Assembly: GCA_017452445.1 (NCBI GenBank)
Contig: JAFTMH010000004.1
Span: forward strand, 136,385 to 200,384
Length of the DNA: 64,000 nucleotides
Source of the DNA: Clostridia bacterium
GTDB taxonomy: Bacteria > Bacillota > Clostridia > Christensenellales > UBA1242
Reading direction: 5' to 3'
In this document: positions 46,429 through 56,701 of the stretch, piece by piece
How the letters are laid out: each line of letters begins with the position of its first letter
How positions within the stretch are numbered: position 1 is the stretch's first letter
Notes under the pieces: generated by a model
What the model was told of the DNA's origin: nothing
What the model saw: only the letters and a program-made list of their open reading frames with translations
Databases searched by the model: none
Position numbers and translations under genes: made by a program

Positions 46429-46917
46429 TTATTTGTTTTTATTTTTTTCAATACCTTTTTCTCTCAATTCAGCTTCATATGCCTCGTGTTCTGCTTTCAT
46501 AGCTTCCATTCTTTCTCTTTGTTTTTGTGTCAATGGATCAAAAACTTTACAGAAGAAGTCAACACCCTTTGGAGAATAATGCATTGTGATTGTTGCAATC
46601 ATTTCTGCGTTGAGAACTGACTTGTCAATGCTGTTGAAAACTTCAACTGCCTTGTCCATTCCGCCATTTTCCAAAGCGTCCATAAGTTCGATAACTGTAA
46701 GGATTTGCAATGCACCATTTGCATAACCACCATAAATTTTGTTTGAAACGATTGAATCCCAACCTTCTTGCAATTGTGGGTATGTAAACTTCTTTCCTTC
46801 TTCAATAAGTCTTGGTTTCAATGCTTCAAGTTCTTCATCAGCTGGAGCATTGTTGCTTCTTACATAATCATACAAATCTTCTTTAATTTCTTCAAATGTC
46901 ATATCTGTGTAATTCAT
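46429..46917 (-). CDS. hypothetical protein
   Basis: 162-aa ORF with a GGAGG RBS. Acidic, helical. No family recognised. Confidence 0.7.
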   Translation of the reverse strand: MNYTDMTFEEIKEDLYDYVRSNNAPADEELEALKPRLIEEGKKFTYPQLQEGWDSIVSNKIYGGYANGALQILTVIELMDALENGGMDKAVEVFNSIDKSVLNAEMIATITMHYSPKGVDFFCKVFDPLTQKQRERMEAMKAEHEAYEAELREKGIEKNKNK

Positions 46918-47063
46918 TTTTCTTTATTCCTCCTACACGGCCTCATTATAACACACTGCACCTTTTTTGTCAATGGTGACTTTTTTCAAAGACAACCATT
47001 TCGACCCAAAAATCGTGCAAAATCATATAAAAATTTTACTTTTTTGACACATTTTGCAGGTTT

Positions 47064-47720
47064 TTATTCTGCACTTATGGATTCAATGCCTTCTTCCCCT
47101 CTCAAATGTTCTGGGATTTCTTCTTCGTCAGGAATTTTAAATTCGTTATACAAACTGTCGCTTTGTTGTTGTTCTCCAACTTCAATAATCTTAATTCTTT
47201 CAAGCAAACCTTCATAATCAGGAAGTTGTGCCAAATCTTGCAAGTTAAATCTCTTCAAAAAGGTTTCTGTTGTGGCAAAAAGCAAAGGTTTGCCGACAGC
47301 ATCTTTTCTTCCAACAACTTCAATCATATTTTGATCAAGCAAAATTTGCACTGCATAATCGCAGTTTACTCTTCTAATGTCTTCAATATCAATCTTTGTG
47401 ATTGGCTGTTTGTAAGCAATGATTGCCAATGTTTCAAGCGCTGCTCTAGTCAAAGATTTTTCTCTGATTGGATTGAGCACTTCGCTGATGTAGTCTGCAT
47501 AAGCAGGATTTGATGCAAGTTGAACCTTGTTTTTGAATGTAATAATGTGAATTCCATTGTCGCCTGAATAAGTTTCTTGCAATTCTTGAATTGCCTTTTC
47601 CAATTCTTTTTCTGTTATGTTGAGTTTTTCTTGGATAAATGACTTTTCAATGCCTTCTCCAGCAACAAAAAGGATCCCCAAAACAACCTCTTTAAGTGTT
47701 TTTTTGTTTTCAATATTCAT
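47064..47720 (-). CDS. scpB: segregation and condensation protein B
   Basis: Trimmed to ATG 47720. Winged-helix pair with LSRAALETLAIIAYKQPITK and GRKDAVGKPLLFATT. Immediately follows scpA. Confidence 0.92.
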   Translation of the reverse strand: MNIENKKTLKEVVLGILFVAGEGIEKSFIQEKLNITEKELEKAIQELQETYSGDNGIHIITFKNKVQLASNPAYADYISEVLNPIREKSLTRAALETLAIIAYKQPITKIDIEDIRRVNCDYAVQILLDQNMIEVVGRKDAVGKPLLFATTETFLKRFNLQDLAQLPDYEGLLERIKIIEVGEQQQSDSLYNEFKIPDEEEIPEHLRGEEGIESISAE

Positions 47721-47721
47721 T

Positions 47722-48501
47722 TTACACCTCATTTGCAGTGATAACAATGTTTCCAAATGTTCCACTTTGAATAACTTTCACTGTTTGCAATTTCAACAAT
47801 TCCAAAAGTGCCAAAAATGTGTTGATCAATTCGCTTTTTGTCATTTCATCATCAAACAGTTCTTCAAATTCAAATCTCTTGCGTTCTTTAGCAAAGTTTC
47901 TGATTGAAATGATTTTTTCAGCCACGGTAAAACGATCTTTAACAATCTTTTTTGGTTGGTCGTTTTGCACCGCTTTTTTAAGTTCTTCTTTTGCAAGAAG
48001 TTTTGCAAAAGCGTCCAAAAGTTGGTCAAGCACCATATCTTTCATGATGACCTTAACCTTTTCGGTTTCTTTGCCTGGTGCTCTATACAATTTGTTGATG
48101 TCTTCAATTTCTTTCAACTTTTTGCCGGTTTCTTTGAAGAGTTCGTATTCTTTCAATCTCTTCAACAAGACAACTTCGTCATCTTCTTCGTCTGGCTCTA
48201 CCTCTTGTTCGACAGGCAAAATCTTTTTTGACTTGATTTCGATAAGTGTGGCTGCGACTGTGATAAATTCGCTTGCCTTGTCCATATCAACATTTTTGAT
48301 GTCTTGCATATATTCGAGATATTGCTCGGTGATGTCTGCAAGTTTGACTGTCGCAATGTCCAACTTTGCATCTTTGATAAGGTGCAACAACAAATCAAGT
48401 GGACCTTCAAAATTGTCCAACTTAAATCTATAGGCATCAGAAGACAAAAGCATGTCTGTGCTTTGTTCTGCGTTTTCTACTTTTGTTTCCAACTCTTCCA
48501 T
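47722..48501 (-). CDS. scpA: segregation and condensation protein A
   Basis: Trimmed to ATG 48501, preceded by an AAGGAGA RBS. FEGPLDLLLHLI kleisin N-terminal motif. Confidence 0.92.
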   Translation of the reverse strand: MEELETKVENAEQSTDMLLSSDAYRFKLDNFEGPLDLLLHLIKDAKLDIATVKLADITEQYLEYMQDIKNVDMDKASEFITVAATLIEIKSKKILPVEQEVEPDEEDDEVVLLKRLKEYELFKETGKKLKEIEDINKLYRAPGKETEKVKVIMKDMVLDQLLDAFAKLLAKEELKKAVQNDQPKKIVKDRFTVAEKIISIRNFAKERKRFEFEELFDDEMTKSELINTFLALLELLKLQTVKVIQSGTFGNIVITANEV

Positions 48502-48580
48502 ATTTTCTCCTTGCAATAGTCAAACAAATTATAACAAAAAACATCATTTCAACGCAACTAAAAACCCCACTTGGCCAACA

Positions 48581-48606
48581 AAAAAAGATGCCAAAGCATC
48601 TTTTTG
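48581..48606 (-). terminator. terminator after the 48612 gene
   Basis: Stem AGATGC (48586-48591) / GCATCT (48596-48601), loop CAAA; flanked by A- and T-runs. Confidence 0.75.
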
Positions 48607-48611
48607 TTTGT

Positions 48612-49160
48612 CTATTTTGTCATTTTTGCAGCTGGATCAACAATTGCAGGTCTTTTTGCTTCTATTTCTCTCATTCTAAGGATATGTGTTCTCAATTTAG
48701 ATTGTTTGTCGAAAAATGCTTCAATATCATTTTTTTCCAACTCTTCCATAACTGCAAGGTATCCTGCTTTTTGAGGTCTGCCAGCTTCAATTTCTTTTTG
48801 CTTTCTTTGTTCATTTACTTCAGAATGTTTCTTCAAAACATATGATTGCACTTGTGGATTTCCCCAGAAAACAACCTTTTTCATCTTCTTCATAGATCCT
48901 ACAATAGAAGTTGATTTTACAACTTCGTCAAGCACATGTTCTATCTTCAAGCTATCTGCAAGATTTCCATGAAAAGTATAAAGTCTTTCGCCTGTTTTGC
49001 TAAACACAATCACATCTTCTTGACCACATGTGTGTCCAATGTAATATGCTCCAAAAGTTGGTTCGAGTTCGACATGTTCAAACTCTTCCAAAAGTTCTTC
49101 TCCTGTGTCCTTGTCAATCACTTTAATCACACCATTTTTTGCTTCTACAAACTCAATCAT
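48612..49160 (-). CDS. hypothetical protein
   Basis: 182-aa ORF with a TAGGAGAG RBS. No family recognised. Confidence 0.7.
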   Translation of the reverse strand: MIEFVEAKNGVIKVIDKDTGEELLEEFEHVELEPTFGAYYIGHTCGQEDVIVFSKTGERLYTFHGNLADSLKIEHVLDEVVKSTSIVGSMKKMKKVVFWGNPQVQSYVLKKHSEVNEQRKQKEIEAGRPQKAGYLAVMEELEKNDIEAFFDKQSKLRTHILRMREIEAKRPAIVDPAAKMTK

Positions 49161-49234
49161 CTTTCTCTCTCCTAAACGCTGTCATTATAACACTCGCCCA
49201 AAAAAATAGTCAATAGGCAAATCAAAATTTTTTG

Positions 49235-49263
49235 CAAAAAAGAGCAGTTTTTTTTCTGCTCTC
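49235..49263 (-). terminator. terminator after the D-Ala-D-Ala carboxypeptidase gene
   Basis: Stem GAGCAG (49242-49247) / CTGCTC (49256-49261), with a T-run on the minus strand. Confidence 0.7.
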
Positions 49264-49273
49264 TTTCCACTTT

Positions 49274-50434
49274 TTACCATTTTTGCAAAATCCTGTCCAT
49301 TGTTTCAAACCAAGACAACGCTTTGACATCATTTTTGACAACAACTGCAATGGTTTTGACAATGTTTCCATCTTTCAAAATTGCCACGCTTCCAACCTTT
49401 TGTCCGGCCTTCATAGGTGCCTTAACACTAGGCAAAATTTGCATGTCGACTTGATAGTTTGAATTGTCACCTTTCTTCACCACGGCAGAAAAACTTTCTT
49501 GCGCAAACACATCAACGCTTTCCTCTTTTCCCTTGGCAACTTTGACTTGTGCAAGGGCTGAAGTGCCATCAACCAACTTTTTGCTTTCATAATTTGCAAA
49601 GCCATAGTTGAAAAGTGTTGCACTTTCGTTGAAACGAGTTTTGCTGTTTGGTGCGCCCACAACAACAGAAACAAGTCTCATATCCCCTCTCTTTGCCGAA
49701 GAAGTCAAACAACAACCTGCTTCGTTTGTCGAACCTGTTTTGCCACCATCACAACCTTCATAATATCTGATAAGACGATTTGTGTTGACAAGTTCGGTTT
49801 CACGGCCTGTTGGGTGAAGCAAAGTGTCCATCCAGATTGTGCTGTAATTGTGATATAAGTCGTGTTTCAACACTTCCCTAAGCAAAATCGCACTGTCGTA
49901 AGCACATGAATATTGCTCTGGTGCAGGAAGTCCTGTGCAATTTGCATAATGCGTGTCATTCATGCCAAGTTGTTTTGCTTTTTTGTTCATACGATTTACA
50001 AATGCCTTTTCATTGCCATTGAAATATTCTGCAAGCGCCACCGAAGCATCATTTGCTGAAGCCATAACAACAGATTTGAAAAGTTGATCGAATGTATAGT
50101 CTTGATAAGCATCCAAAAAGACCTGACTTCCACCCATGCTCGAAGCGTTTTCGGTGGTTGTAATTTTAGTGTCCAACGCCACATTTCCGGCATCAAACTC
50201 TTCAAGAGCAATCAAAATTGTCATCATTTTGACCATGCTCGCCACAGGCAAATGCTCTTTTTCATCTTTTCCAAACAAAACATCACCACTTTCAAACTCC
50301 ATAAGCAGAGCACTCTTGCTTTCAAGCGACAAATCACTTTCTGCCTTTGCTTCGTTTGCAACCACTGCACCAGCAGAAAAAAGCAACATCATTGCAAAAA
50401 CAAAGGCAATACTTCTTGTCAAAAAATTGTTCAT
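49274..50434 (-). CDS. D-alanyl-D-alanine carboxypeptidase (S11, DacB/DacF-like)
   Basis: Trimmed to ATG 50434, preceded by an AAGGAG RBS. Signal peptide. SxxK (ASMVKMMT), SxN (SAND) and KTG (GKTGST). Confidence 0.9.
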   Translation of the reverse strand: MNNFLTRSIAFVFAMMLLFSAGAVVANEAKAESDLSLESKSALLMEFESGDVLFGKDEKEHLPVASMVKMMTILIALEEFDAGNVALDTKITTTENASSMGGSQVFLDAYQDYTFDQLFKSVVMASANDASVALAEYFNGNEKAFVNRMNKKAKQLGMNDTHYANCTGLPAPEQYSCAYDSAILLREVLKHDLYHNYSTIWMDTLLHPTGRETELVNTNRLIRYYEGCDGGKTGSTNEAGCCLTSSAKRGDMRLVSVVVGAPNSKTRFNESATLFNYGFANYESKKLVDGTSALAQVKVAKGKEESVDVFAQESFSAVVKKGDNSNYQVDMQILPSVKAPMKAGQKVGSVAILKDGNIVKTIAVVVKNDVKALSWFETMDRILQKW

Positions 50435-50488
50435 AAAAAAACTCCTTTGCAATAGTTTTTTGCAAAAGAGAATGTTTTATACACCAAA

Positions 50489-51112
50489 TCAAATCACTAA
50501 AACAACTTTTCCGTTCAACAACACCAACAGCGTTGTTTCAAGCAGATTGAGCACCAACAACAGCAGCAATGTGCCGACAACCAGCACAGTCCTGTTGCAA
50601 TCACCTCTTCCATATCTTCTGCAATCGCAATTGCACTTTGAAAGTAGTATAAAAAATGCAATCAACACAAAAAGAGACAAAAGTTGCAACGGAAGCACTA
50701 CGACAACGGCAGTGATAATGCCACCAATGCCATAAAAAATCAAAACAAGAGTGAAGTTGAGCCCAAACAAATAGCCCCTATACACCAGCAACACTTCTGC
50801 CAACGGAAAAAACAGTTTTGAAAGCGAAAGCACAACAAGCAGCGCCACATTGACAAACAAAGACAAACTTCTTGAAACAAATGCCCCCGAAGATGCCACA
50901 AACCCGTTGTAAAACCCACTCAAATCAATTTCTTGAAGTTGCCCAAGCGAATTTGCATTGTTTGATTTGATTGCCACAAACACGCCCGTAAACATTGCCA
51001 TCAACACAAGCACAAAAGTCACAACAAACTTTTTTTTGTTGTTTTTTATGGCATCAACACACGAAAATCGCAATCCTTCAAAAAAGTTTTTTGTTTTGTA
51101 AGATTTTGTCAT
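50489..51112 (-). CDS. polytopic membrane protein (possibly SpoIIM/DUF95-like)
   Basis: 207-aa ORF with five to six hydrophobic segments. The family call is weak, and there is no clear RBS. Confidence 0.55.
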   Translation of the reverse strand: MTKSYKTKNFFEGLRFSCVDAIKNNKKKFVVTFVLVLMAMFTGVFVAIKSNNANSLGQLQEIDLSGFYNGFVASSGAFVSRSLSLFVNVALLVVLSLSKLFFPLAEVLLVYRGYLFGLNFTLVLIFYGIGGIITAVVVVLPLQLLSLFVLIAFFILLSKCNCDCRRYGRGDCNRTVLVVGTLLLLLVLNLLETTLLVLLNGKVVLVI

Positions 51113-51136
51113 AGATTATGTTTATTTGTTGAGCAT

Positions 51137-51163
51137 AAAAAAAAGAACACACATTGTGTGTCC
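51137..51163 (-). terminator. terminator after miaA
   Basis: Minus strand GGACACACA-ATG-TGTGTGTTC followed by T8. Confidence 0.7.
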
Positions 51164-51177
51164 CCTTTTTGTGGTTT

Positions 51178-52086
51178 TTATTTTTTGTTTAAAAAGTTGT
51201 TGGCAAGTGCCAAAATTTCTTCAAATGCCTTTTCTCTGTCTTCAACTTCAACAAAATTGACATTATCCATTCCCCTCAAAAATGTAAGTTGTCTTTTGGC
51301 ATAATTTCTGCAATGTTGCTTCAAAATTTCAATCATTCTATCATAATCATATTCGCCTTGCAAATATCCAACAACTTCTTTATAACCTATCCCTCTCATT
51401 GATTGATTGGCCAAAGTAAGACCTCTTTTCAGCAAACCTTCAACTTCTGCAATCAAACCGTTTTCAATCATAATGTCAGCACGCCTGTTTATATCGAAAT
51501 AAAGTTTTTCTCTAGCCCTTTTAAGAGCAATAACCAACGGATCGATATCCACTTCACTTTTTGTCTTTTCACCGTCAGAAAGGGCAATTTCAAGCGCTCT
51601 AACAAGTCTGACTGTGTTTGCCTTGTCAGTTTTTTCTGCCATTTCAGGATTTTTGTCTTTAAGCATTTCAAACAAAAAGTCATTTCCTTTTTCTTTAGCA
51701 AGATTTTCAAGATGAGATCTCAATTCTTCATCTTTCGCAGCGCCCCCAAAGTTGTAACCTTCTGTAAGTGCTCTCACATAAAGTCCTGTGCCACCAACAA
51801 CGATTGGCACTTTGCCTTTTGCAGTGATTTCGTCAATTTTTTGTCTTGTGTATTGCACATAATCAAACACAGAAAACTCTTCTTCTGGCTCTAAAATGTC
51901 GATTGCATAGTGCACAACACCTTGCATTTCTTCTTGTGTAACTTTTGCCGAACCAACATCAAGCCCTTTGTAAATTTGCACCGAGTCGGAAGAGATTATC
52001 TCTCCGTCAATCTCCTTTGCAAGTTTGACACTGAAAAATGTTTTTCCCACTGCCGTTGGTCCCAAAATAAAGATTACTTTTTTCAT
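51178..52086 (-). CDS. miaA: tRNA dimethylallyltransferase
   Basis: 302 aa. P-loop GPTAVGKT and SSDSVQIYKGLDVGSAK. The start overlaps the mutL stop by 1 nt. Confidence 0.95.
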   Translation of the reverse strand: MKKVIFILGPTAVGKTFFSVKLAKEIDGEIISSDSVQIYKGLDVGSAKVTQEEMQGVVHYAIDILEPEEEFSVFDYVQYTRQKIDEITAKGKVPIVVGGTGLYVRALTEGYNFGGAAKDEELRSHLENLAKEKGNDFLFEMLKDKNPEMAEKTDKANTVRLVRALEIALSDGEKTKSEVDIDPLVIALKRAREKLYFDINRRADIMIENGLIAEVEGLLKRGLTLANQSMRGIGYKEVVGYLQGEYDYDRMIEILKQHCRNYAKRQLTFLRGMDNVNFVEVEDREKAFEEILALANNFLNKK

Positions 52087-54068
52087 TACAAAGTCCTTTT
52101 GAACATTTTTTCAAGCTCTTTTTTTGTCATTCTGACCACAATTGGTCTTCCATGTGGGCAAAGAGCAACTCCACCCTTCATTTCTTCAATCAAATAGCAA
52201 ATTTCTTCTTTTGAAACACTGTCACCTGCTCTGATTGCATGCTTGCACGCAGTTTGACAGAGTTTTTCGTTGATTATTTGACTTGCCTTGATTTGATTGA
52301 TGCCATCACCTGACAAAATTTCTTCAACAAATTTGTCAAGTTTGATGTTTGAAAGCACAAATGGCACAGATGAAATTTCAAAGTCGTTTTCTCTTTGTGA
52401 AATTTCAAAACCAATCACCCTCAAATTTTCTATTTGACTTTCAAACAACATTCTGTCTTTTGCCGAAAGTGTAAAACTGTATGGCACAAGCATATCTTGT
52501 TTTGAAACATTGTTTTCTTCAACTTGCTTTTTAAGCTTGTCATAGAGTTGTCTTTCGTGCATTGCATGTTGGTCAACAACATAAATGCTGTCTTCAAATT
52601 CAGTGATAATGTATGTCTTAAACACAACACCAACAATCTTGATTTCTTCAACCTTTGCAGTCAAAAATTTTTCTTCAACAAAAGTTGGCTCAATTTTTTG
52701 CTCAGGTTTTTCTTCTGCGTTTTCAAGATCTTTTTTCACAGAAAGTTCTACTTCATGCAAAATACCTTCGCCAGAGTTGTCAAAAAAGATGTTTCCACCT
52801 TTGCGATTGCGACCAATTTCGTCGCTTTTTACACTCGAAAATTGTGGCATATTGATGATTTCAATGCCATTTTTTTGATATTCTTTTGGCGAAATAACCC
52901 TTTCTTTGATTACTTCATCATCAACAGTGATGTTATAACTTGCACCTTCTGTTGCAGACATTTTATCCAAACTGCTCTTTTCAAAAGAATTGAAACTTGT
53001 CATTTGTGGATCTTTGTCGTTTTTAATGTTAAATTTTGACCATTCTTGTTCTTCCTTTGAAGTAAATTCAAAGTTTGCAACAAGATTTGTTGAAAGAAGT
53101 GCTTTTTCAACTGCTCTTCTAATGATGCCAAAAATCTTTGAAGAATTGTCAAATTTCACTTCCTTTTTGTTTGGATGCACATTGACATCAACACGATCAA
53201 AAGGTATGTCAAGTTTGACTACATAAATAGGAAATCTGCCTTTCATCAAAAGTGGTTCATAAGCACCTTGAATGCAAGCCGAAACCATATAATTTTCGAC
53301 ATAACGATTGTTTACAAACAAAGTTTGATAGGTTCTGTTTGGTCTAGAATATTTTGGCGAAACAACATAGCCAGAAATTTTGATGCCATCTTCTTCATAT
53401 TCAAGTTGGAGAAGATTGTCAAAAACTTCTCTGCCATAAATCAAATAAATCACTTCATCAAGTTTGCCTGAAGAATGATTGTAAATGCTCTTGCCATCAA
53501 CAACATATTCAAAATCAATCTCTGGTCTTGAAAGCATAAACTTTTCGATCAAATGAGTGATTTCACCTTCTTCTGTTTTAGGTTTTTTCAAAAATTTGGC
53601 ACGGGCAGGAGTGTTGTAAAACAAGTTTTGTGTTGTGAGAGTCGTTCCGTCGAGTCTTGCAACTTCGACAACTTTTGAAATTTCGCCACCGTTTGCTTCG
53701 ATGCGATAACCTGTTTCAGCATCTTTTGTTTTTGTGCTCAAACTTACCATACAAACTGAAGCAATGCTCGCCAAGGCTTCTCCACGGAACCCCAATGTTG
53801 CAATCGCATCAAGGTCATCAATGTCTGCAATTTTGCTTGTTGCATGTGGCAAAAAAGCAAGTGGAAGATCTTCTTTTGAAATCCCACAACCATTGTCAGA
53901 AACAACAATTTTTTTGATGCCACCTTCTTCAATCTCAACCTTAATTTTTGTTGCCCCAGCATCCATGCTGTTTTCAACAAGTTCTTTCACAATTGAAGCC
54001 GGTCTTTCAACAACTTCGCCTGCTGCAATACGGTTATATATGCGAGGTGAAAGCAAATTTATTGCCAT
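52086..54068 (-). CDS. mutL: DNA mismatch repair protein MutL
   Basis: 660 aa. GHKL ATPase N-terminus IAAGEVVERPASIVKELVENSMDAG and a C-terminal dimerisation/endonuclease region including QHAMHERQLY. Confidence 0.95.
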   Translation of the reverse strand: MAINLLSPRIYNRIAAGEVVERPASIVKELVENSMDAGATKIKVEIEEGGIKKIVVSDNGCGISKEDLPLAFLPHATSKIADIDDLDAIATLGFRGEALASIASVCMVSLSTKTKDAETGYRIEANGGEISKVVEVARLDGTTLTTQNLFYNTPARAKFLKKPKTEEGEITHLIEKFMLSRPEIDFEYVVDGKSIYNHSSGKLDEVIYLIYGREVFDNLLQLEYEEDGIKISGYVVSPKYSRPNRTYQTLFVNNRYVENYMVSACIQGAYEPLLMKGRFPIYVVKLDIPFDRVDVNVHPNKKEVKFDNSSKIFGIIRRAVEKALLSTNLVANFEFTSKEEQEWSKFNIKNDKDPQMTSFNSFEKSSLDKMSATEGASYNITVDDEVIKERVISPKEYQKNGIEIINMPQFSSVKSDEIGRNRKGGNIFFDNSGEGILHEVELSVKKDLENAEEKPEQKIEPTFVEEKFLTAKVEEIKIVGVVFKTYIITEFEDSIYVVDQHAMHERQLYDKLKKQVEENNVSKQDMLVPYSFTLSAKDRMLFESQIENLRVIGFEISQRENDFEISSVPFVLSNIKLDKFVEEILSGDGINQIKASQIINEKLCQTACKHAIRAGDSVSKEEICYLIEEMKGGVALCPHGRPIVVRMTKKELEKMFKRTL

Positions 54069-54082
54069 AATTTTCTCCTTGT

Positions 54083-56701
54083 TTATTTTTCGTCTTTTGC
54101 TCTTGAAATCAAATCGTTGAGCACTTCAAATGTTTCCATTGGTGACATACGATTGATGTCCAAATCTCTCAAAATTGAAAGCACTTGACTTCCAAGTTTG
54201 TTATTTTTTTCTTGTTTGGTTCGTTCTTCATCTTCGCCAAAAATGTTCATATCAAGTTTTTGGTTAACTTTTTCCAAACTCAAACTGATTTCTTTTGCTC
54301 TTTCGATAACCTTGTCTGGCACACCAGCAAGTTGAGCAACTTCAATACCAAAACTTCTGTTTGCATGACCTCTTACAATCTTTCTCAAAAAGACAATGCT
54401 GTCATTGATTTCTTTGACTGTAATTTTGTAATTTTTAACCCCACCAATCACACCTTCAAGTTCGGAAAGTTCGTGATAATGTGTTGCAAACAAGGTTTTG
54501 CAATTAAGATTTTTTGAAATGTATTCCACAACTGCCCAAGCAATTGAAAGGCCGTCAAAAGTTGAAGTTCCTCTTCCAATTTCGTCAAGCACAACCAAAC
54601 TCTTGTCTGTTGCATTTGCCAAAATGTTTGCAACTTCGCTCATTTCGACCATAAAGGTACTTTGACCAAAAGCCAAGTCATCACTTGCCCCAACACGAGT
54701 AAAAATTCGGTCTGTGATTGCAATTTCAGCACTCTTTGCTGGCACAAAACTGCCAATATGAGCCAAGAATGTGATGATTGCAACTTGTCTCATATATGTG
54801 CTTTTTCCGGCCATATTTGGTCCTGTGATAATCATCATCTTGTTGTCTTCGCAATCAAGCATTGTGTCGTTTGTAATAAATGAGCCTTCTTTTGCAAATC
54901 TTTCAACAACAGGATGTCTGCCTTCATCAATTTCAATCTTCTTGATGTTTTTGCCAATTGTTGGCTTGCAGAAATTGTATTTTACAGCCACTTGTGCAAG
55001 CGAAAGCAAAGCATCAAGTTCGGCAATTGCCTTTGCAACATCGGAAAATGCAGAAAGATAATTTGCAAGATATTCAATCAACATTTTGTAGAGTTTTTCT
55101 TCCAACTTAATTGCATTTTCTTGCGAGTTGAAGATTTTGTCTTCAATTTTTTGCAACTCCTCTGTTGTGTATCTTTCTGAGTTTGCAATTGTTTGTTTTC
55201 TTATATAACGAAGTGGCACAAGGTTTGTTTGTCCCTTGCTTACTTCAATGTAATATCCAAACACACTGTTTGAATGGATTTTAAGGTTTTTGATGCCTGT
55301 TTGTTCTCTTTCAAACTCTTCCAATTTTTCACATTCGAGTTTTGCAATTTGTCTTGCATGGCGAAGTTGGTCAAGTTCTTCATTAAAACCTTCTTTAATG
55401 TAGCCACCTTCTTTAATAAGTGCAGGTGGATTTTCGATGATTGCATTTTCAAGAAGCGAAACGATTTCGCCAAAATCAACGAGATTTTCTGCTGTTGAAA
55501 TAAGTTTTTTTGCTTTTGTGTTTACAATCAAATTCTTAATTTCTGGAAGTTGAGCCAAAGATGTTTTAAGCATAATCAAATCTTTTGGCAAAATGTTTCC
55601 ATAAGCAATCTTTCCACAAATTCTTTCGATATCTTTGATGTTTGCCAAACTTTCAGACAATCTATCTCTCAAAATAAGATTTTTTGAAAGTTCTTCAACT
55701 GCATCAAGTCTTTCGTTGATTTGCGAAGCACTTTGCAATGGTTGATCAAACATAGATCTAAACTTTCTTGCTCCCATGCTTGTTTTTGTCATGTCCATAA
55801 GCCACAAAAGCGAACCATATTTTTTTCTTTCACGGATAGATTCCACAAGTTCGAGATTTCGTCTTGTGTTCATATCAATAACCATAAATTGATTGTTTTT
55901 TACTTTTGTGATTTTGCTGATGTTTTTAAGCGATCTCTTTTGAGTTTCTTGCAAATATTCCAACAATCCACCGATTGCAGGTATGTCAAGTTTGTTTGAT
56001 TTAAGTTCAAACACATTGACTGCATTTTCGCCAAATTGCTTTTCAATGTTTGCAGTCGCCTTTGCTGTGTCATAAGCATAATCAAAATATTCTTCAAATT
56101 TTGGATAAACTCCAAAGCGAAGCATTGGCAAATCGTTGTAGAAAACTTTTGCCTTTGCATTTCCAATAACTTGCGATGGCATAACTCTGTTGAGAAGATC
56201 AGCAAAATTGCTTTCAAGCCCACCGTCCAAGTGACAAAGATTAAGTTCGCCAGTTGTGATGTCGCAATAAACAACACTCAACTTATCGTCATTAAGAAAC
56301 ATCGACATAATGTAGTTGTTTTTTCTTTCTTCAAGCATCGAGTCATCAACCACAGTGCCTGCTGTTACAACTCTCACGACATCTCTTTCAACAATCTTTA
56401 CACCCTTTTTAGGTTCGGTCAACTGTTCGCAAACAGCAACCTTATATCCAAGCGAAACAAGTTTTGCAATATAACCTTCTGCTGCATGATAAGGCACACC
56501 ACACATCGGTGCTTTTTCATCAAGCCCACATGCTTTGCCGGTCAAAGTCAATTCCAAAACTCTTGAAATTTCGATGGCATCATCATAAAAAAGTTCGTAG
56601 AAGTCACCAAGGCGATAAAACAAAATACAATCTTTGTATTTCTCTTTCATTTGCAAATAATGTTTCATCATATTTGATGGTTCTTTAACTGCAGAAGCCA
56701 T
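54083..56701 (-). CDS. mutS: DNA mismatch repair protein MutS
   Basis: 872 aa. N-terminal MMKHYLQMKEKYKDCILFYRLGDFYELF and Walker A GPNMAGKSTYMRQ. Confidence 0.96.
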   Translation of the reverse strand: MASAVKEPSNMMKHYLQMKEKYKDCILFYRLGDFYELFYDDAIEISRVLELTLTGKACGLDEKAPMCGVPYHAAEGYIAKLVSLGYKVAVCEQLTEPKKGVKIVERDVVRVVTAGTVVDDSMLEERKNNYIMSMFLNDDKLSVVYCDITTGELNLCHLDGGLESNFADLLNRVMPSQVIGNAKAKVFYNDLPMLRFGVYPKFEEYFDYAYDTAKATANIEKQFGENAVNVFELKSNKLDIPAIGGLLEYLQETQKRSLKNISKITKVKNNQFMVIDMNTRRNLELVESIRERKKYGSLLWLMDMTKTSMGARKFRSMFDQPLQSASQINERLDAVEELSKNLILRDRLSESLANIKDIERICGKIAYGNILPKDLIMLKTSLAQLPEIKNLIVNTKAKKLISTAENLVDFGEIVSLLENAIIENPPALIKEGGYIKEGFNEELDQLRHARQIAKLECEKLEEFEREQTGIKNLKIHSNSVFGYYIEVSKGQTNLVPLRYIRKQTIANSERYTTEELQKIEDKIFNSQENAIKLEEKLYKMLIEYLANYLSAFSDVAKAIAELDALLSLAQVAVKYNFCKPTIGKNIKKIEIDEGRHPVVERFAKEGSFITNDTMLDCEDNKMMIITGPNMAGKSTYMRQVAIITFLAHIGSFVPAKSAEIAITDRIFTRVGASDDLAFGQSTFMVEMSEVANILANATDKSLVVLDEIGRGTSTFDGLSIAWAVVEYISKNLNCKTLFATHYHELSELEGVIGGVKNYKITVKEINDSIVFLRKIVRGHANRSFGIEVAQLAGVPDKVIERAKEISLSLEKVNQKLDMNIFGEDEERTKQEKNNKLGSQVLSILRDLDINRMSPMETFEVLNDLISRAKDEK